This document shows, one piece after another, positions 51,969 through 64,000 of a stretch of 64,000 nt of DNA. Position 1 is the stretch's first letter. The number at the start of each line of letters is the position of its first letter. The stretch comes from Azolla caroliniana (lineage: Eukaryota > Plantae > Polypodiophyta): the NCBI GenBank assembly GCA_043228905.1, contig JBHGNT010000008.1:18538001-18602000 (forward strand). The letters are read 5' to 3'. Below the pieces are notes generated by a model that searched no databases, had not been told where the DNA came from, and was given only the letters and a program-made list of their open reading frames with translations. Made by a program: the position numbers and the translations under genes.

Positions 51969-54900
51969 TGAACAACACGCTCCTGATGAACAACGCTCGG
52001 CCACAACCGAGTCTAAAATCAAACACAAAAAATGGATAATGAACGCACGACAAAAAGGAGAGAAGAGTACACAAGATGTTTAACGTGGAAAACCCTGAGA
52101 GGGAAAAACCACGGGAGTTCACAGACTCCAAACTATCACTATATCACAATGATTACAATAGTGAGCTCACGGAGGCAACGACCTTGTGCTCACGATCTTT
52201 GCCACAGGCGGCGGTTACAACAGAGGCAACGACCTCTTCGTCTCTCTCTCTCTCTCTCTGTACACTGTTGCGCGCTCTCTAGTCTTGCGCCAACAAGAAT
52301 GACAACAACTCTATAACTAAAGTTTGCCCTAAGTTATATTTATACTAATATGACTTTTCGGCTATTTACAAATATAGTCCCGATGGACTCTCAGAAACAT
52401 ACTTCCGAATATGTCCCTTCATCCGGTGAGCACTCCTCACCGGGCCTTCACCATCCGGCTCTTGTCGGGTACTCCTCATCCGGTTCTCACCGGGTCTTCC
52501 GTAGCCGCGTACTCCTCATCCGGTTCTCCCCGGGTCTTCCGTAGCCAGGTACTCCTCATCCGGTTCTCCCCGGGTCTTCCGTAGCCGGGTTCTCGTCATC
52601 CGGTTCTCACCGGGTCTTCCGTAGTCGGGTACTCCTCACCCGAGTTTGCTCATCAACGATGTTCTTCTCACTTCCCATCTGCAGGGACTTGTTTCTTAAC
52701 AAACTCCCCGTTCACTCCGGCATGGGATGTCTTACTAGTCCGATCCGCTTCCGACATGCATCCAGCTTGTCGGGTATCAGTACTTTGGTCAGTATATCTG
52801 ACCCGTTCTCAGCCGTGTGGATCTTCGTCAGCGCGAACTCCTGGTCATCTACTCTTTCCCGGATCCAGTGATACCTTCGTTGGATAGGCTTCGTCCAGGA
52901 ATGGTAGGCCATATTCTTAGCAAGGTGGATGGCACTTTGACTATCGCAATAGAGCCGGTATTCATCTTGTCGGATACCGAGCTCTCCGATGAAGTTCTTC
53001 ATCCATAATATTTCCTTGCCGGCTTCCACAGCCACCATGTACTCTGCCTCCGTGGTTGACAGCGCAACCGTCTTCTGCAGCCTCGACTGCCACGAAATAG
53101 CTCCCCCTGCATATGTCATTACATACCCGGATGTAGACCGGCTGGTATCCACATCAGCCGACATGTCCGAATCGGTAAAACCGTCAAGTTAAGGTTTTCC
53201 GGAGCCAAATCGGAGATACATATTTGAAGTACCCTTCAAGTACCAGAGTATCCATTTGACCGCGTTCCAGTGCTCCTTGTCGGGATTGCTCATAAACCGG
53301 CTCACCACTCCTACTGCGTATCCTATATCCGGTCGGGTACACACCATTGCATACATTAAGCTCCCAACGGCAGAGGCATATGGAACCTTCATCATATCCG
53401 CCTTCTTTGCTTTCGTCTTCAGGCTTAGCTTATCGGATAATCTACTGTTTGCCGGAAGTGTCGATCCGACCGGTTTCGCATCTGACATGTTGAACCACTG
53501 AAGCACCTTTGTCACGTACTTCTCCTGTGACAGCCACAATTGCTTCATTGACCGGTTTCGGATAATATGCATCCCCAACATCTGTCTTGCCGGACCCAAG
53601 TCTTTCATTGAGAAGGTCCGGTTGAGAGCCTTCTTCAGCATCCGTATTTTGGCTTGGTCCCGTCCGATGATCAACATGTCGTCCACGTACAGAAGGAGTA
53701 TCAGGAAGTCGCCTCCATCAAACTTCTTCACAAACACACAGTGATCGGCCTGTGTCTTGTGGTACCCTTGATCGGTCATGAAGGAGTCGAACTTCCGGTA
53801 CCATTCTCAGGGAGCTTGCTTCAGTCCGTACAGGCTCTTCTTCAACGGGCATACCAAGTGCTCCTTCCCTTTCTCCACGAATCCTTCCGGTTCCTGCATG
53901 TAGATCTCCTCTTCGAGGTCACCGTGAAGGAATGTCGTCTTCACGTCCAGCTGCTCTACCTCGAGGTCCATGCTTGCCACAATACTCGACACCATCCGAA
54001 TGGAGGTCATCTTTACTATTGGGGCAAATATCTCGTCGAAATCCACGCCCTTCTTTTGCTGGAACCCCTTGACCATGATCCTGGCTTTGTATCTCAGGGG
54101 GTTGCCGGCATCTCCCGGTTTCAACTTGTACACCCACTTGTTTCGAAGTGCCCTCTTTCCTTTCGGCAACTCCACCAATTCATATGTATGGTTCTCATGC
54201 AGGGAATCCATCTCATCATGCATGGCACTTAACCATTTGCGGCTATGGGTGTCACTTTTAGCTTCCTCGAAGCTTTCTGGCTCCCCCTCATCGGTCAGCA
54301 GCACATGCTCTGCATCCAGAAATCTTTGGGGGGACATTCTCTCTCTGAGAGGATATCTCCGTCTCTGGGCTTCGGTAACCGGCTCCTCCATTTGCTCTTC
54401 ATCCGAATCCGATTCGGGGTCTTGGCCGGTTCCGGTTTTAGCTTCCTCTACTTCTTCTTCTGCCGGTTCGGTATCCTCACCGTAACCGGCTGGTTCCTTG
54501 AGTGCTAACTGGTCTCTTGCCGGTTGGGTCTGCTCATCGTAGAATCAATCCTTACCGGTCGAGTCGGAGTTCACTATCTTCTTCTCCGACTCCCATCGCT
54601 GAGCGTCTTGTCCTCCATGAAGATAATATCTCGACTCCGGAATACCTTCTTGTCAACTAGGTCCCACACTCGGTATCCGAACTCATTGTCGCCTAACCGA
54701 GGAATATGCGTGGCTAGGTCTTCGGATCTAGTTTTCCTCTCCGGTCCTTAACTACATGCACATACGCAAGAAACCCGAATACCTTAAGATGCCGGTAGGA
54801 CACTTCCTTACCGGTCTAGACTCTCTGTGGCATGTCTTTGTCCAAGGGTATTGAGGGTGATCTGTTTATCACATATGTCGCCGTCGACAGTGCCTCAGCC

Positions 54901-57900
54901 CAAAACTTCTTGGGTAGTTTTGCATGCGCCAACATACTCCGGACCCTCTCCATTATGGTCCGGTTCATCCTCTCAGCCAGCTCGTTTAGTTCCGGTGTCT
55001 TCGGCACGGTAAATTCGAGCCGGATTCCCTTCGAGCGACAGTACTCCTCGAACTGCCCCCGGTATTCTCCTCCGTTATCTGCTCGAACCGCCTTCAGTTT
55101 CCGGCCGGTTTCTCTTTCCACTCTCGCGTGGAGCTCTTTGAAGATGGATAACACCTGATCCTTCATCTTCAACGGTGTGGCCCACAACTTCCAGCTGTGT
55201 TCATCTATGAACGTCACGAAGTATTGCGATCCGGCATGTGACTTTGTGTCCACTTGACACACATTAGTATGCACCAACTCCAGTGGTGCATTACGTCTCA
55301 TCGGTGGCCTCGATCGGCAAGAGGTCTGGTTTCGTTTATTGGCCAGACAATCAGTGCACTTCTCCAAGTGCACATTCTTCACTGGAATGAGGTTGTCGTC
55401 TGCAAGCCTCTTCATCCCCTTCTCGCTCATGTGACACAGCCTCTTGTGCCACAGCTTACCGGTAGTGTCGGATGCCACATTCACTTCCTCTGGACATAAC
55501 CGGGCATTCATCAGGTACAATGTGTTTACCTTCCAGGCCCAAGCCACAATCAGGCTCCCTTTGCTGAACTTCATAACACCGTTCCGGATGCTACCCGTGT
55601 AGCCTTCATCATCTAGCCGACCGACTGATATCAGGTTCAGACGAACCTCCGGAACGTGTTGGACATCCTTCAGCAGTAGCTTGTATCCGGTTGGTGTTGT
55701 CAACCACACGTCTCCTATGCCGACTATATGGCATGTACCTTCATTTCCCATCCGGACACAACCATGATCACCGGCTGAGTAGGATGAGAAGCATGTCCAG
55801 TCCGGGGAGAGGTGGAACGATGCTCCGGAGTCGACAACCCAGGTCATCTCGTCGCCGGCAAGGTTTAGCTCACTCTCCTCGGTGATGAACATCAACTCTT
55901 CTTCACTTGCCGTGATTGTCGTCATTCCCTTCTGGTCCAACCCGCTTCGGTCTTTACCGTTCCGGTCCGGTGTTCGCTTCGAATCGGTACCGTCGGTTTC
56001 CTTGTCTTTTCGGAAATGCCGACAGTTCTTCTGGAAGTGTCCTGGCTTGCCGCAATAGAAGCAAGTAGGCCTCCCCCTTGACTTTGACCGTATCCCCGAC
56101 TTTTCCCAATTCTGGGGGCTACAGTTCCTTTGTCTTCCGCGTTCCGATTCGGTAAGGAGCGCTTTGGGGTCGGAGCTCGTATCCTTATCTTTCCGACGCG
56201 CCTCCTCATCTAGCAAGCTCGACTTCACTCTTGCTAGGGATAACCGTTTCCCTTCCGGCCCGGCATTGCCCAAAGTGACAACCAACGTCTCCTAGCTATC
56301 TGGGAGGAAACCGAGCAGGAGTAGCACTAGTACCTCATCGGCGAGAGGTACTTCCAATGATGTTTCCTGGTGTATCAGCCCCTGGAAGGCATTCATGTGC
56401 TCCGCCATGCTGGAGCCATCTTGGTACCGGAGTCTTACTAGCTTTCGAAATACCCAAACCTGATTAACAACATTTTTGTTTTGAAACATAATGTCGATCT
56501 TCTCCCAAAGCTCATGAGCCTTGCTCTCTTCATTGAAGTTGTTGTATAGGCTCATGTCGATGAAGCACCGTATGTACGCCATTGTCTTCATGTGCATCAC
56601 CTCCCATATCGCGGCGTCGATCTTGTCCGGTCTCTTGTCCCTGAATTGAACCGGCAACCAAAGATCTTTAACCACGAGCATGTCCCTCATCTTCGACTTC
56701 CACATCGAATAGTTGGAGCCGATGAGCTTGAACATGCCTCCCAACGACTCGTCCATTTTCGATGTTGTTTCGCTCTGATACCAGTTTGACAGGAACACAT
56801 GCTCCGAATGAACAACGCTCGGCCACAACCGAGCCTAGGATAAAACATAAAAAACGGATAGTGAGCGCACGACACAGTGAAGAGAAGAGTACACAAGATG
56901 TTAACGTGGAAAACCCAAACTAGGGAAAAACCACGACAGCCCACAGACTGCAAACTATCACTATATCAGAATGTACAATAGTGAAGCACCAAGGCAACGA
57001 CCTCGAGCTTGCTATCTTCGCCACAGGCGGTGGTTACAACAGAGGCAACGACCTCTTCCTCTCTCTCTCTCTCTCTGTACACAGTTACGCGCTCTAATCT
57101 CTTGCAACAACAAGAATGACGAACAACTATAGATAAGGTTTGCCCTAAGTCATATTTATACTAATATGACTTTTCGGCTATTTACAAATATAGCCCCAAT
57201 GGACTCTCAGAAACATATTTACGATTCAGTAAGGAGTGCTTTGGTGTCAGAGCTCGTATCCTTATCTTTCCGATGCACCTCCTCATCTAGCAAGCTCGAC
57301 TTCACTCTTGCTAGGGATAACCGTTTCCCTTCCAGCTCGGTGTTGCCCAAAGTGCCAACCAACGTCTCCCAACTGTCCGGGAGGGAACCGAGCAAGAGTA
57401 GTGCTAATACCTCATCTGCGAGAGGTACTTCCAATGATGTTGCCTGGTGTATCAGCCCCTGGAAGGCATTCATATGCTCCGCCATGCTGGAGCCATCTTA
57501 GTACCGGAGTCTTACTAGCTTACGGAATACCAAAAGCTGGTTAATAGCATTTTTGTTTTGAAACATAATGTCGATCTTCTCCCAGAGCTCATGAGCCTTG
57601 CTCTCTTCATTGAAGTTGTTGTATAGGCTCATGTCCATGAAACACCGTATGTAGGCCGTTGTCTTCATGTGCATCACCTCCCATATCGTGGCGTCGATTT
57701 TGTCTGGTCTCTTGTCCCCGAACTGAACCGGCAGCCAAAGGTCTTTAACCACGAGCATGTCCCTCATCTTCGACTTCCACACCTAATAGTTGGAGCCGGT
57801 GAGCTTGAACATGCCTCCCAACGAATTGTCTATTTTTCGGTGTTGCCTCGCTCTGATACCACTTTGACAGGAACAACACGCTCCCGATGAACAACGCTCG

Positions 57901-58588
57901 GCCACAACCGAGTCTAAAATCAAACACAAAAAATGGATAATGAACGCACGACACAAAGGAGAGAAGAGTACACAAGATGTTTAACGTGGAAAACCCTGAG
58001 AGGGAAAAACCACGGGAGTTCACAGACTCCAAACTATCACTATATCACAATGATTACAATAGTGAGCTCACGGAGGCAACGACCTTGTGCTCACGATCTT
58101 CGCCATAGGTGGCGGTTACAACAAAGGCAATGACCTCTTCGTCTCTCTCTCTCTCTGTACACTGTTGTGCGCTCTCTAGTCTTGCACCAATGAGAATGAC
58201 GATACGTCTATAACTAAAGTTTGCCCTAAGTCATATTTATACTAATTTGACTTTTCGGCTATTTACAAATATAGTCCCAATGGACTCTCAGAAACATACT
58301 TCCGAATATGTCCCTTCATCCGGTGAGCACTCCTCACCGGGCCTTCACCATCCGGCTCTTGCCGAGTACTCCTCATCCGGTTCTCACCGGGTCTTCCGTA
58401 GCCGGGTACTCCTCATCCAGTTCTCCCCGAGTCTTCCGTAGCCGGGTACTCCTCATCCGGTTCTCCCCGGGTCTTCCGTAGCCGGGTTCTCGTCATCCGA
58501 TTCTCACCGGGTCTTCCATAGCCGGGTACTCCTCATCCGGATTCGTTGTTCTTCTCACTTCCCATCCGGAGGGACTTGTTTCCTAACA
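51969..58588 (-). mobile_element. Tnt1/Tork-like Ty1/copia element H with three LTRs and a duplicated PBS-gag start
   Basis: Outer LTRs 51969-52701 and 57865-58588, plus an internal partial LTR 56787-57217. iMet PBS at 57849-57861 and 56771-56783; PPT at 52702-52709. Gag-pol 56756-52712 has CFYCGKPGH, VDSGASFH, YVDD and STTEAEY. Confidence 0.92.
52467..52645. repeat. 40-bp tandem repeat in the U3 of the copia H LTR (also at ~58365-58540)
   Basis: Unit GGGTACTCCTCATCCGGTTCTCCCCGGGTCTTCCGTAGCC, about 4.5 copies. Confidence 0.88.
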
Positions 58589-61155
58589 CTTTCATAGGTC
58601 CGTGGTCCTTTCGATCTCTGTGCTCAACCGATAACTGGCCTTCTTGGCCTTGTCTGATGTGCCGGATGCACCAACATCATTCTGCTTCGACCCGAACCGG
58701 GTCTCATACCATTGTGAGGGTCTTTCCCGCGCGTTTGTCTTCCACCAGAACCTCGTAGTTTTGGCACACGGCTTCGACGAAGCCCATCTTCTCTTCAACC
58801 AGGTCACTCCACCCGGTTACCTCCCAGACCCATCTTTCTATGCGGTCCGCTTCCTCTTTCCTTAGTCGTACGCCGGCTAGGCCGTCTAGCATCAACAGCC
58901 AGAACTCGGACTCCTTCATTTACCGGACTTCATCACCTCCAACCCGGATTCCAGCCGACGCCGAGTAATGGACGGTCTCCGCGTGGCAAGTCGCCGCTTC
59001 TTGCATCAGCCGTTTTATACCCCCTCGTCCGACATTTAGATCCAGGGCCCTTCGGGTCACGCTAGCGTGGACCTGACCGTTCCATAGGTACACCACGTTA
59101 GCTCTTATCGCTTCGGCGAAGTTCCCGTAGTCCTTTCGGGCGTGGCCGACCGTGTCGCACCACAAGCACCGGTTCCCAACCGGAGGCCTTCGGTCACGGA
59201 CTTGTTCGCCGCTGTCCCTCCTTGGTTGTGCAATCTGGAGGTCCCTCACCATCTGAGTCAGCTCCTCTAGAGCCGCTCCTCCGGATGATCCTTTGACCAT
59301 GCTGGTCGAAGTCGAGCCGGTCTCGAGCTAGTCTCGGGTCTCTTCCCTTCGCGCCGGTGGGGGTACGTTGACCTTCCTTGTCACAACAGAACCCGCCCCC
59401 GTCAAGCCTTTATCGACCCACTCACGCCGTTTGTCAAAACGGCCGCAAACTCTCTTTACCATAGCCCAGTCGGTTGTTAGGCCGTCGTCAGTCTCGAGCA
59501 GGAAGCCGACTTGCTCCCGGTCCCTTACGTCCACCGATTTAACGAACAATAGGACATGACTTGTGTCCAGTACAGTCCGGTCCAGCGCCGAAAGACGTAC
59601 GAAACGTTCTTCAAAATCTCGAAGGAGCATCGACGTGTTTCACCCCTTTTCGGGGGTCTCCACCCATTCCATGAAGTCCCGCTTTGATAGCCGAAGCGCG
59701 TCATCAAGCCCGTATTTTTCCAGAAGCCGACCTTCAAACTCTTTCCAGGTCCGACTCTCAGCCCGTACCTCAAGCACCTCCGCGTGGATGCCCGGCATCG
59801 CCACCCGAGGGAATCTGGCCAGTGGCCTACCCTCTAGGATGTCCCTCATCACCATTTCGGCTCGGTAAGCCTCCAAATAGCTCGTGGCGTCCTTCCCACC
59901 GAACTGGCCTATCGTGCCGACGACTGTTTCAATAGCCCTATCGAGGGCGCCTATGCATTCGCGCGCACTCACTATCCGATCCACAACCGAAGCCATGGCT
60001 TCTGCAAGATCCGACCCTCTCATCTTTCTATTCCTCTGCCGCCTGTTTACGTCGGCTTCACCAAATATGTCACGTTGTTACACGCGTGCGTGGAGAACTA
60101 GGCGGGACCACGGGGGCCTTGGACCGAGAAACAACCGAATGAGAAGAGGGGAAGGAAACTACTAATGTACTTCACACGCGCACAGACACACAGATTCACA
60201 AGGGTTGAACAATGGAGACAGAACGAATGTATGTGTATGTATAAACCAAGGATTTACGACCGGCAAGCCGGCGAGTAATAGGCTCTAACGCCTACACGCA
60301 CACAAAACGCGAGATGGAGACTCTACCGGAAGCACTCGGGCGTTCCGCGGAGCAGAGTCAGCCTCCCGAAAACCTGCACAGAACGACTATGGGGAAGAGA
60401 GAGGAGAAGAGCTTGGTTCCAGTCCGGCAACACTTCGTCCTCCACAAAGCGCGATCCCTGCACAATACCTCTCCCTCTCTTTTATAGCCTAAGGAGGGAG
60501 GCCATTACCACCCGTTACATCATGTTTATTCCCTGTCCGAAAGGACAGGGATACGCCTCGATTTTCTCCCTAATGAATGCGTGCTACTTAGGATTTCACC
60601 TCAGCCGACTTGTACATATCTACGTACTATACAACAAAACTTGTGCCCACATGTAAGGGCCGGTTTACGTATGTTATACCCGGTTTCTGCCTAGGGACGG
60701 TTTTCTCCATGACAACGCATACATTACTAACTTTATACATGATTAGGAGTAGGTCGACGCGATGTAAATATACTAGGAAGAATATATTTATTAACTAGAA
60801 AATCGAAGTGTATCTCTGCCCAAAGGGACAGAGAATAAAGAGGATGAATGCAGGATGTGACAGTCGCTCCCCAACAGCCTATAAAGGGGAGGGAGAGGAG
60901 GCTGAAATGTTACTACGCGTTTTGAGGGGAAGGAGGTGTTGTCGAACTGGGAACTGAGCATCTGTCTTCTATTTCCTGTTTTCGGTCTTCTATTTTTGTT
61001 TTCGGATTTCATTTTCCTATCCCCCGATCTTGGGATTTTGTTGTCTTGGATGCATAGACGTCTTTGTTCGCGTAGGAAGCCCGAGCACTCCCGACAGAGG
61101 CCTTGTTGCGTCACGACTGTGGAGTGCGTTTTCGTGAAGGATTTGCTTCACGATA

Positions 61156-61761
61156 TAAAAATAAACTTGAATATTGTATTAAGTAACATTTGAGAGACTT
61201 GAACCCATAACCTCACACACCAAGGATCAAGCATATACCATTAGGATAAGTTATTTTCTATAGTTATGTTTTTATCATACTTATGACATGTGTATCTTCA
61301 TACATTAGAGCTTAGATGAGCATGATCGCTATCACGCATCACATGTAAAGCATGTGCGCCAAATGGCAATCATGCATCACATGCATTACATGCATGCCAT
61401 GCACCCCCATATCATCATATGCATGAGAGAGCCTATAAAGAGAGGCAAGGAATTAAGGGATGAGAAAAGGGGAAACAAGGTAATCAATCAAAGAAGAGAA
61501 AGTGGGAGAAAAGAATCTAAGCAAGTATTGAAGATATCTTATTCGGTGAAGAGCCTCGCGTTTCAAAGTGGAAGTCGTGGGTTCAAATCAGGGGTCAGTA
61601 TTGAAAAGATTTATCTTGCGATCAAGGATTGTAAAGTTGGTAAAATATTATATTTTTAATATACATCATGTTTATATCATATACTCTTGTTCTTTGAATC
61701 ATACTTTGTCTCAATCTTCTTTCTTGAATCATACATTGTCTCTATCTTTTATCTATGCTTG

Positions 61762-61806
<45 letters not shown>

Positions 61807-64000
61807 TTACTCATAACTCTTCTTCTTACTATCCTTAACCATTCTATCATCACCATACAAGCCTTATTAAAAGTTAAGTTCCTTCAACTTCCCTTAACCT
61901 TAGTCCCCGCAACTTCGCCGCACGAACCACAACTACCCCGACACATTTGGTGAACCCGACGTGAAGGCGGTGACGAGGAGAAATGGAGGAGCAAATGAGG
62001 CTTATGTGTACGATGATGGAACGAGTGATGCAGGAACAAGGGATGATGGCAAGCATCGACAAAGCCGTCGACAATATTCTCGCACGAGTAGGAATCTTCA
62101 AAGGTATAAATTTAACAAGATTTCTGAAGATTTATAATGAAGAAATGCTTAAACGCGGTGTCGACGAAGCTACAAAAATTAATAGCTTTAGTCGAGTCAC
62201 TGCGATTGGGCTACAAGAGAGGATCAAAGAGCTCCAGAGGGAACATCAGACATGGGCAACTTTCGAAAGAGTATTGCTAAATGAATACGACCTCAACGAC
62301 ATGTCAAGGATGACAAGGAGAGCTTTCATGGATTGGGTAGAGTCTAATAAACATTTAAGTGTTTTGGAAGTATTAAAAGAGTTTTCTGAAAGATTTGAGC
62401 AACTAAATGTTAGAGATAGAAATATAATAGTGCCAGATCAAGAAGCCGAAGAGTTGTTCGCCCAGTTAGGGGTAAAGATCTCCCTCACAACGGTGTACAA
62501 TCTAGAGGCTAACAGGAAGATAGAGCACGGGCATGAACCGATCGTGAAGGCGTGAGTATCAACATGTGAAGGGCGAGTCGGGAATTGGCCGTGGATCCTA
62601 CCTTACGCATTGTAGGCAGACCGAACCACGTATAGTTTGGTAACTGGGTTCATGCCAGCAGAGTTGATGTACGGGCAGAAGCCGATCATGCCAATGGAGC
62701 GAACGATCTCCTCTTGAGCCGTTGTGGACTGGAAGGACAAGATGAGCCGGGAAGAGTTGTTGGCGTCGTGGATTCACCAGCTCGAGCGAAGACCAGAGGA
62801 TGTGGACCGGGCAAAGAAGAAGCTACACGCGGCGAGGGTGAAGAATAAAGTCTGGTTCGACCGGACGGATCGGCTATGACCGAAGAAGATCGAGGAAGGC
62901 GACTGGGTGCTGGTTTACGACAACAGCCTTGACAACCAACACAAGGCAGTTCATAAGTTCGCGAGGAGGTGGTTCGGGCCCTACACCGTAATGAGCGCAA
63001 ATGACAACGACACTTACCATCTCGCGGAGCTCAACGAGACACAGATAGCGCTGCCAGTAGCCGGGATGAGGATCAAGGCCTTCAAGAAGCGGCATGAAGA
63101 CGAGCCGGACCCGGGGAGCGCAGACGACGATGACGACTGGTTCGGAGCGGGCGAAGATTCGGAGGGCGACGGATGAACACGAGCCGGTTTTCTCCAGTAT
63201 TTGTTCCTTTCTGGCGCATGCTGGTGGATGCACGGTTTGGTGGGGGTGGATGTCGTTGTCGTGAAGATTCGTCACTACGCGCGGATTGTGAGGCGGAACC
63301 GCCGGGGTTCTGGACCGGAAGGATTCAAAGTCGGTACAAGCTTTGGCGCAAGCTTTAGCGAGAAAGTACTTAAGATAGATTGGGAAAGAGAGCAGTTGAG
63401 ATTAAACGATTGAGAGAGATTGAATGAACTTTTATCTTTAGATTTAAGAAACAAGTTACTCGATCAATTTGATAACGAATTTCTTCTTCTTAATTTCATA
63501 ACAAAAAAAAAACGTTTTTTCTCGTCCCCCTTCCTTCTTTTATAGATGCTCTCATGCATATGATGCATGTGAGGGTACAAGACATGCATAAAATGCATGC
63601 TTGCCATTTGGCGCTTATGTATTACATGTGGTGCATGATAACCATGTCACTCATTTTAGCTTTCATGTATGAGAATTTACATGTAAAAGTATAATGATAG
63701 AAATATAAACTCAACTAAATGGCATGGCTTAATGGTAAGCCAATTCACTCCTAGCTTGGATGTGCAAGGTTCGAATCCTTGCTTTTATATATTTATTTAT
63801 CTAGTCGTCGGACGCTGGTTCGTCGGATGTCGTCGGTTACCGGTGCCTCGCCGGTTGCCGCCGAATACCGGTGCGGTGCCGGATGCCGTCGGTTACCGGT
63901 GCCTCGCCGTCACCAGATACCGGTGCCGCCGTCGGATGCCGGTGTCTCACTGGCGCCGGATCACCGGCTCCATCGCCGGTCCGTTTTGGTTGGCCAAAAC
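61156..64000 (+). mobile_element. Internally deleted or chimeric gypsy element D: partial 5' LTR, Trp PBS, gag start, integrase 3' end, PPT and an LTR running off the window
   Basis: LTR ends CCCCGACA at 61943; PBS TGGTGAACCCGACGTGAA (61948-61965). Gag 61983-62435 is fused to the integrase C-terminus (EHGHEPIVKA...RWFGPY). PPT GGTGGGGGTGGA (63239-63250) is followed by TGTCG at 63251. Confidence 0.8.

Larger units (their letters stand above)
48988..61155 (-). mobile_element. Ty3/gypsy element C (tRNA-Trp primed), 3'-truncated, hosting copia H
   Basis: 5' LTR ~60068-61155; PBS TGGTGAAGCCGACGT (60049-60063). Gag runs 60023-58600 and 51900-51600, with knuckle CLWCDTVGH. Protease LVDHGSETN, RT PFLDD (49764-50438) and RNase H follow; the element breaks at 48988. 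Confidence 0.87.

Noticed and set aside
52467-52645. CRISPR-like 40-bp repeats
   Set aside because: These are head-to-tail repeats without unique spacers, inside LTR U3.
63721-63785. Functional tRNA genes at the A/B-box sites (also 31103, 36008, 37155, 61191)
   Set aside because: No convincing acceptor or anticodon stems could be built, so they are reported only as tRNA-like promoter modules.

Overview
Eukaryotic, land-plant DNA. The retroelement types suggest a moss or other bryophyte, which is an inference only. The window holds one host gene, an intronless DUF868-family CDS (2693-3652), with a hAT-type MITE just upstream. Next come degenerate LINEs tied to (TC)n and (TAAA)n microsatellites. 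The remaining ~50 kb is a nest of LTR retrotransposons (four Ty1/copia elements plus a fragment, four Ty3/gypsy elements or fragments) and a 3-kb foldback DNA element. The standout is a young, structurally complete gypsy element (14851-24744; 434-bp LTRs differing at about 6 positions; 4-bp TSD) with no polypurine tract. It has a tRNA-Arg-type primer-binding site inside both LTRs, in opposite orientations, which suggests tRNA priming of both cDNA strands. It also carries a ~900-codon extra 3' ORF. Other points of note: tRNA-like Pol III A/B-box modules in gypsy LTRs, a LINE inserted into a (TC)n tract, a same-strand copia/gypsy patchwork, a copia inserted exactly at another copia's LTR/PBS junction, and a three-LTR copia flanked by a 107-bp duplication. 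All counts and alignments were done by eye, and tRNA sequences are recalled from plant consensus, so both need computational confirmation.
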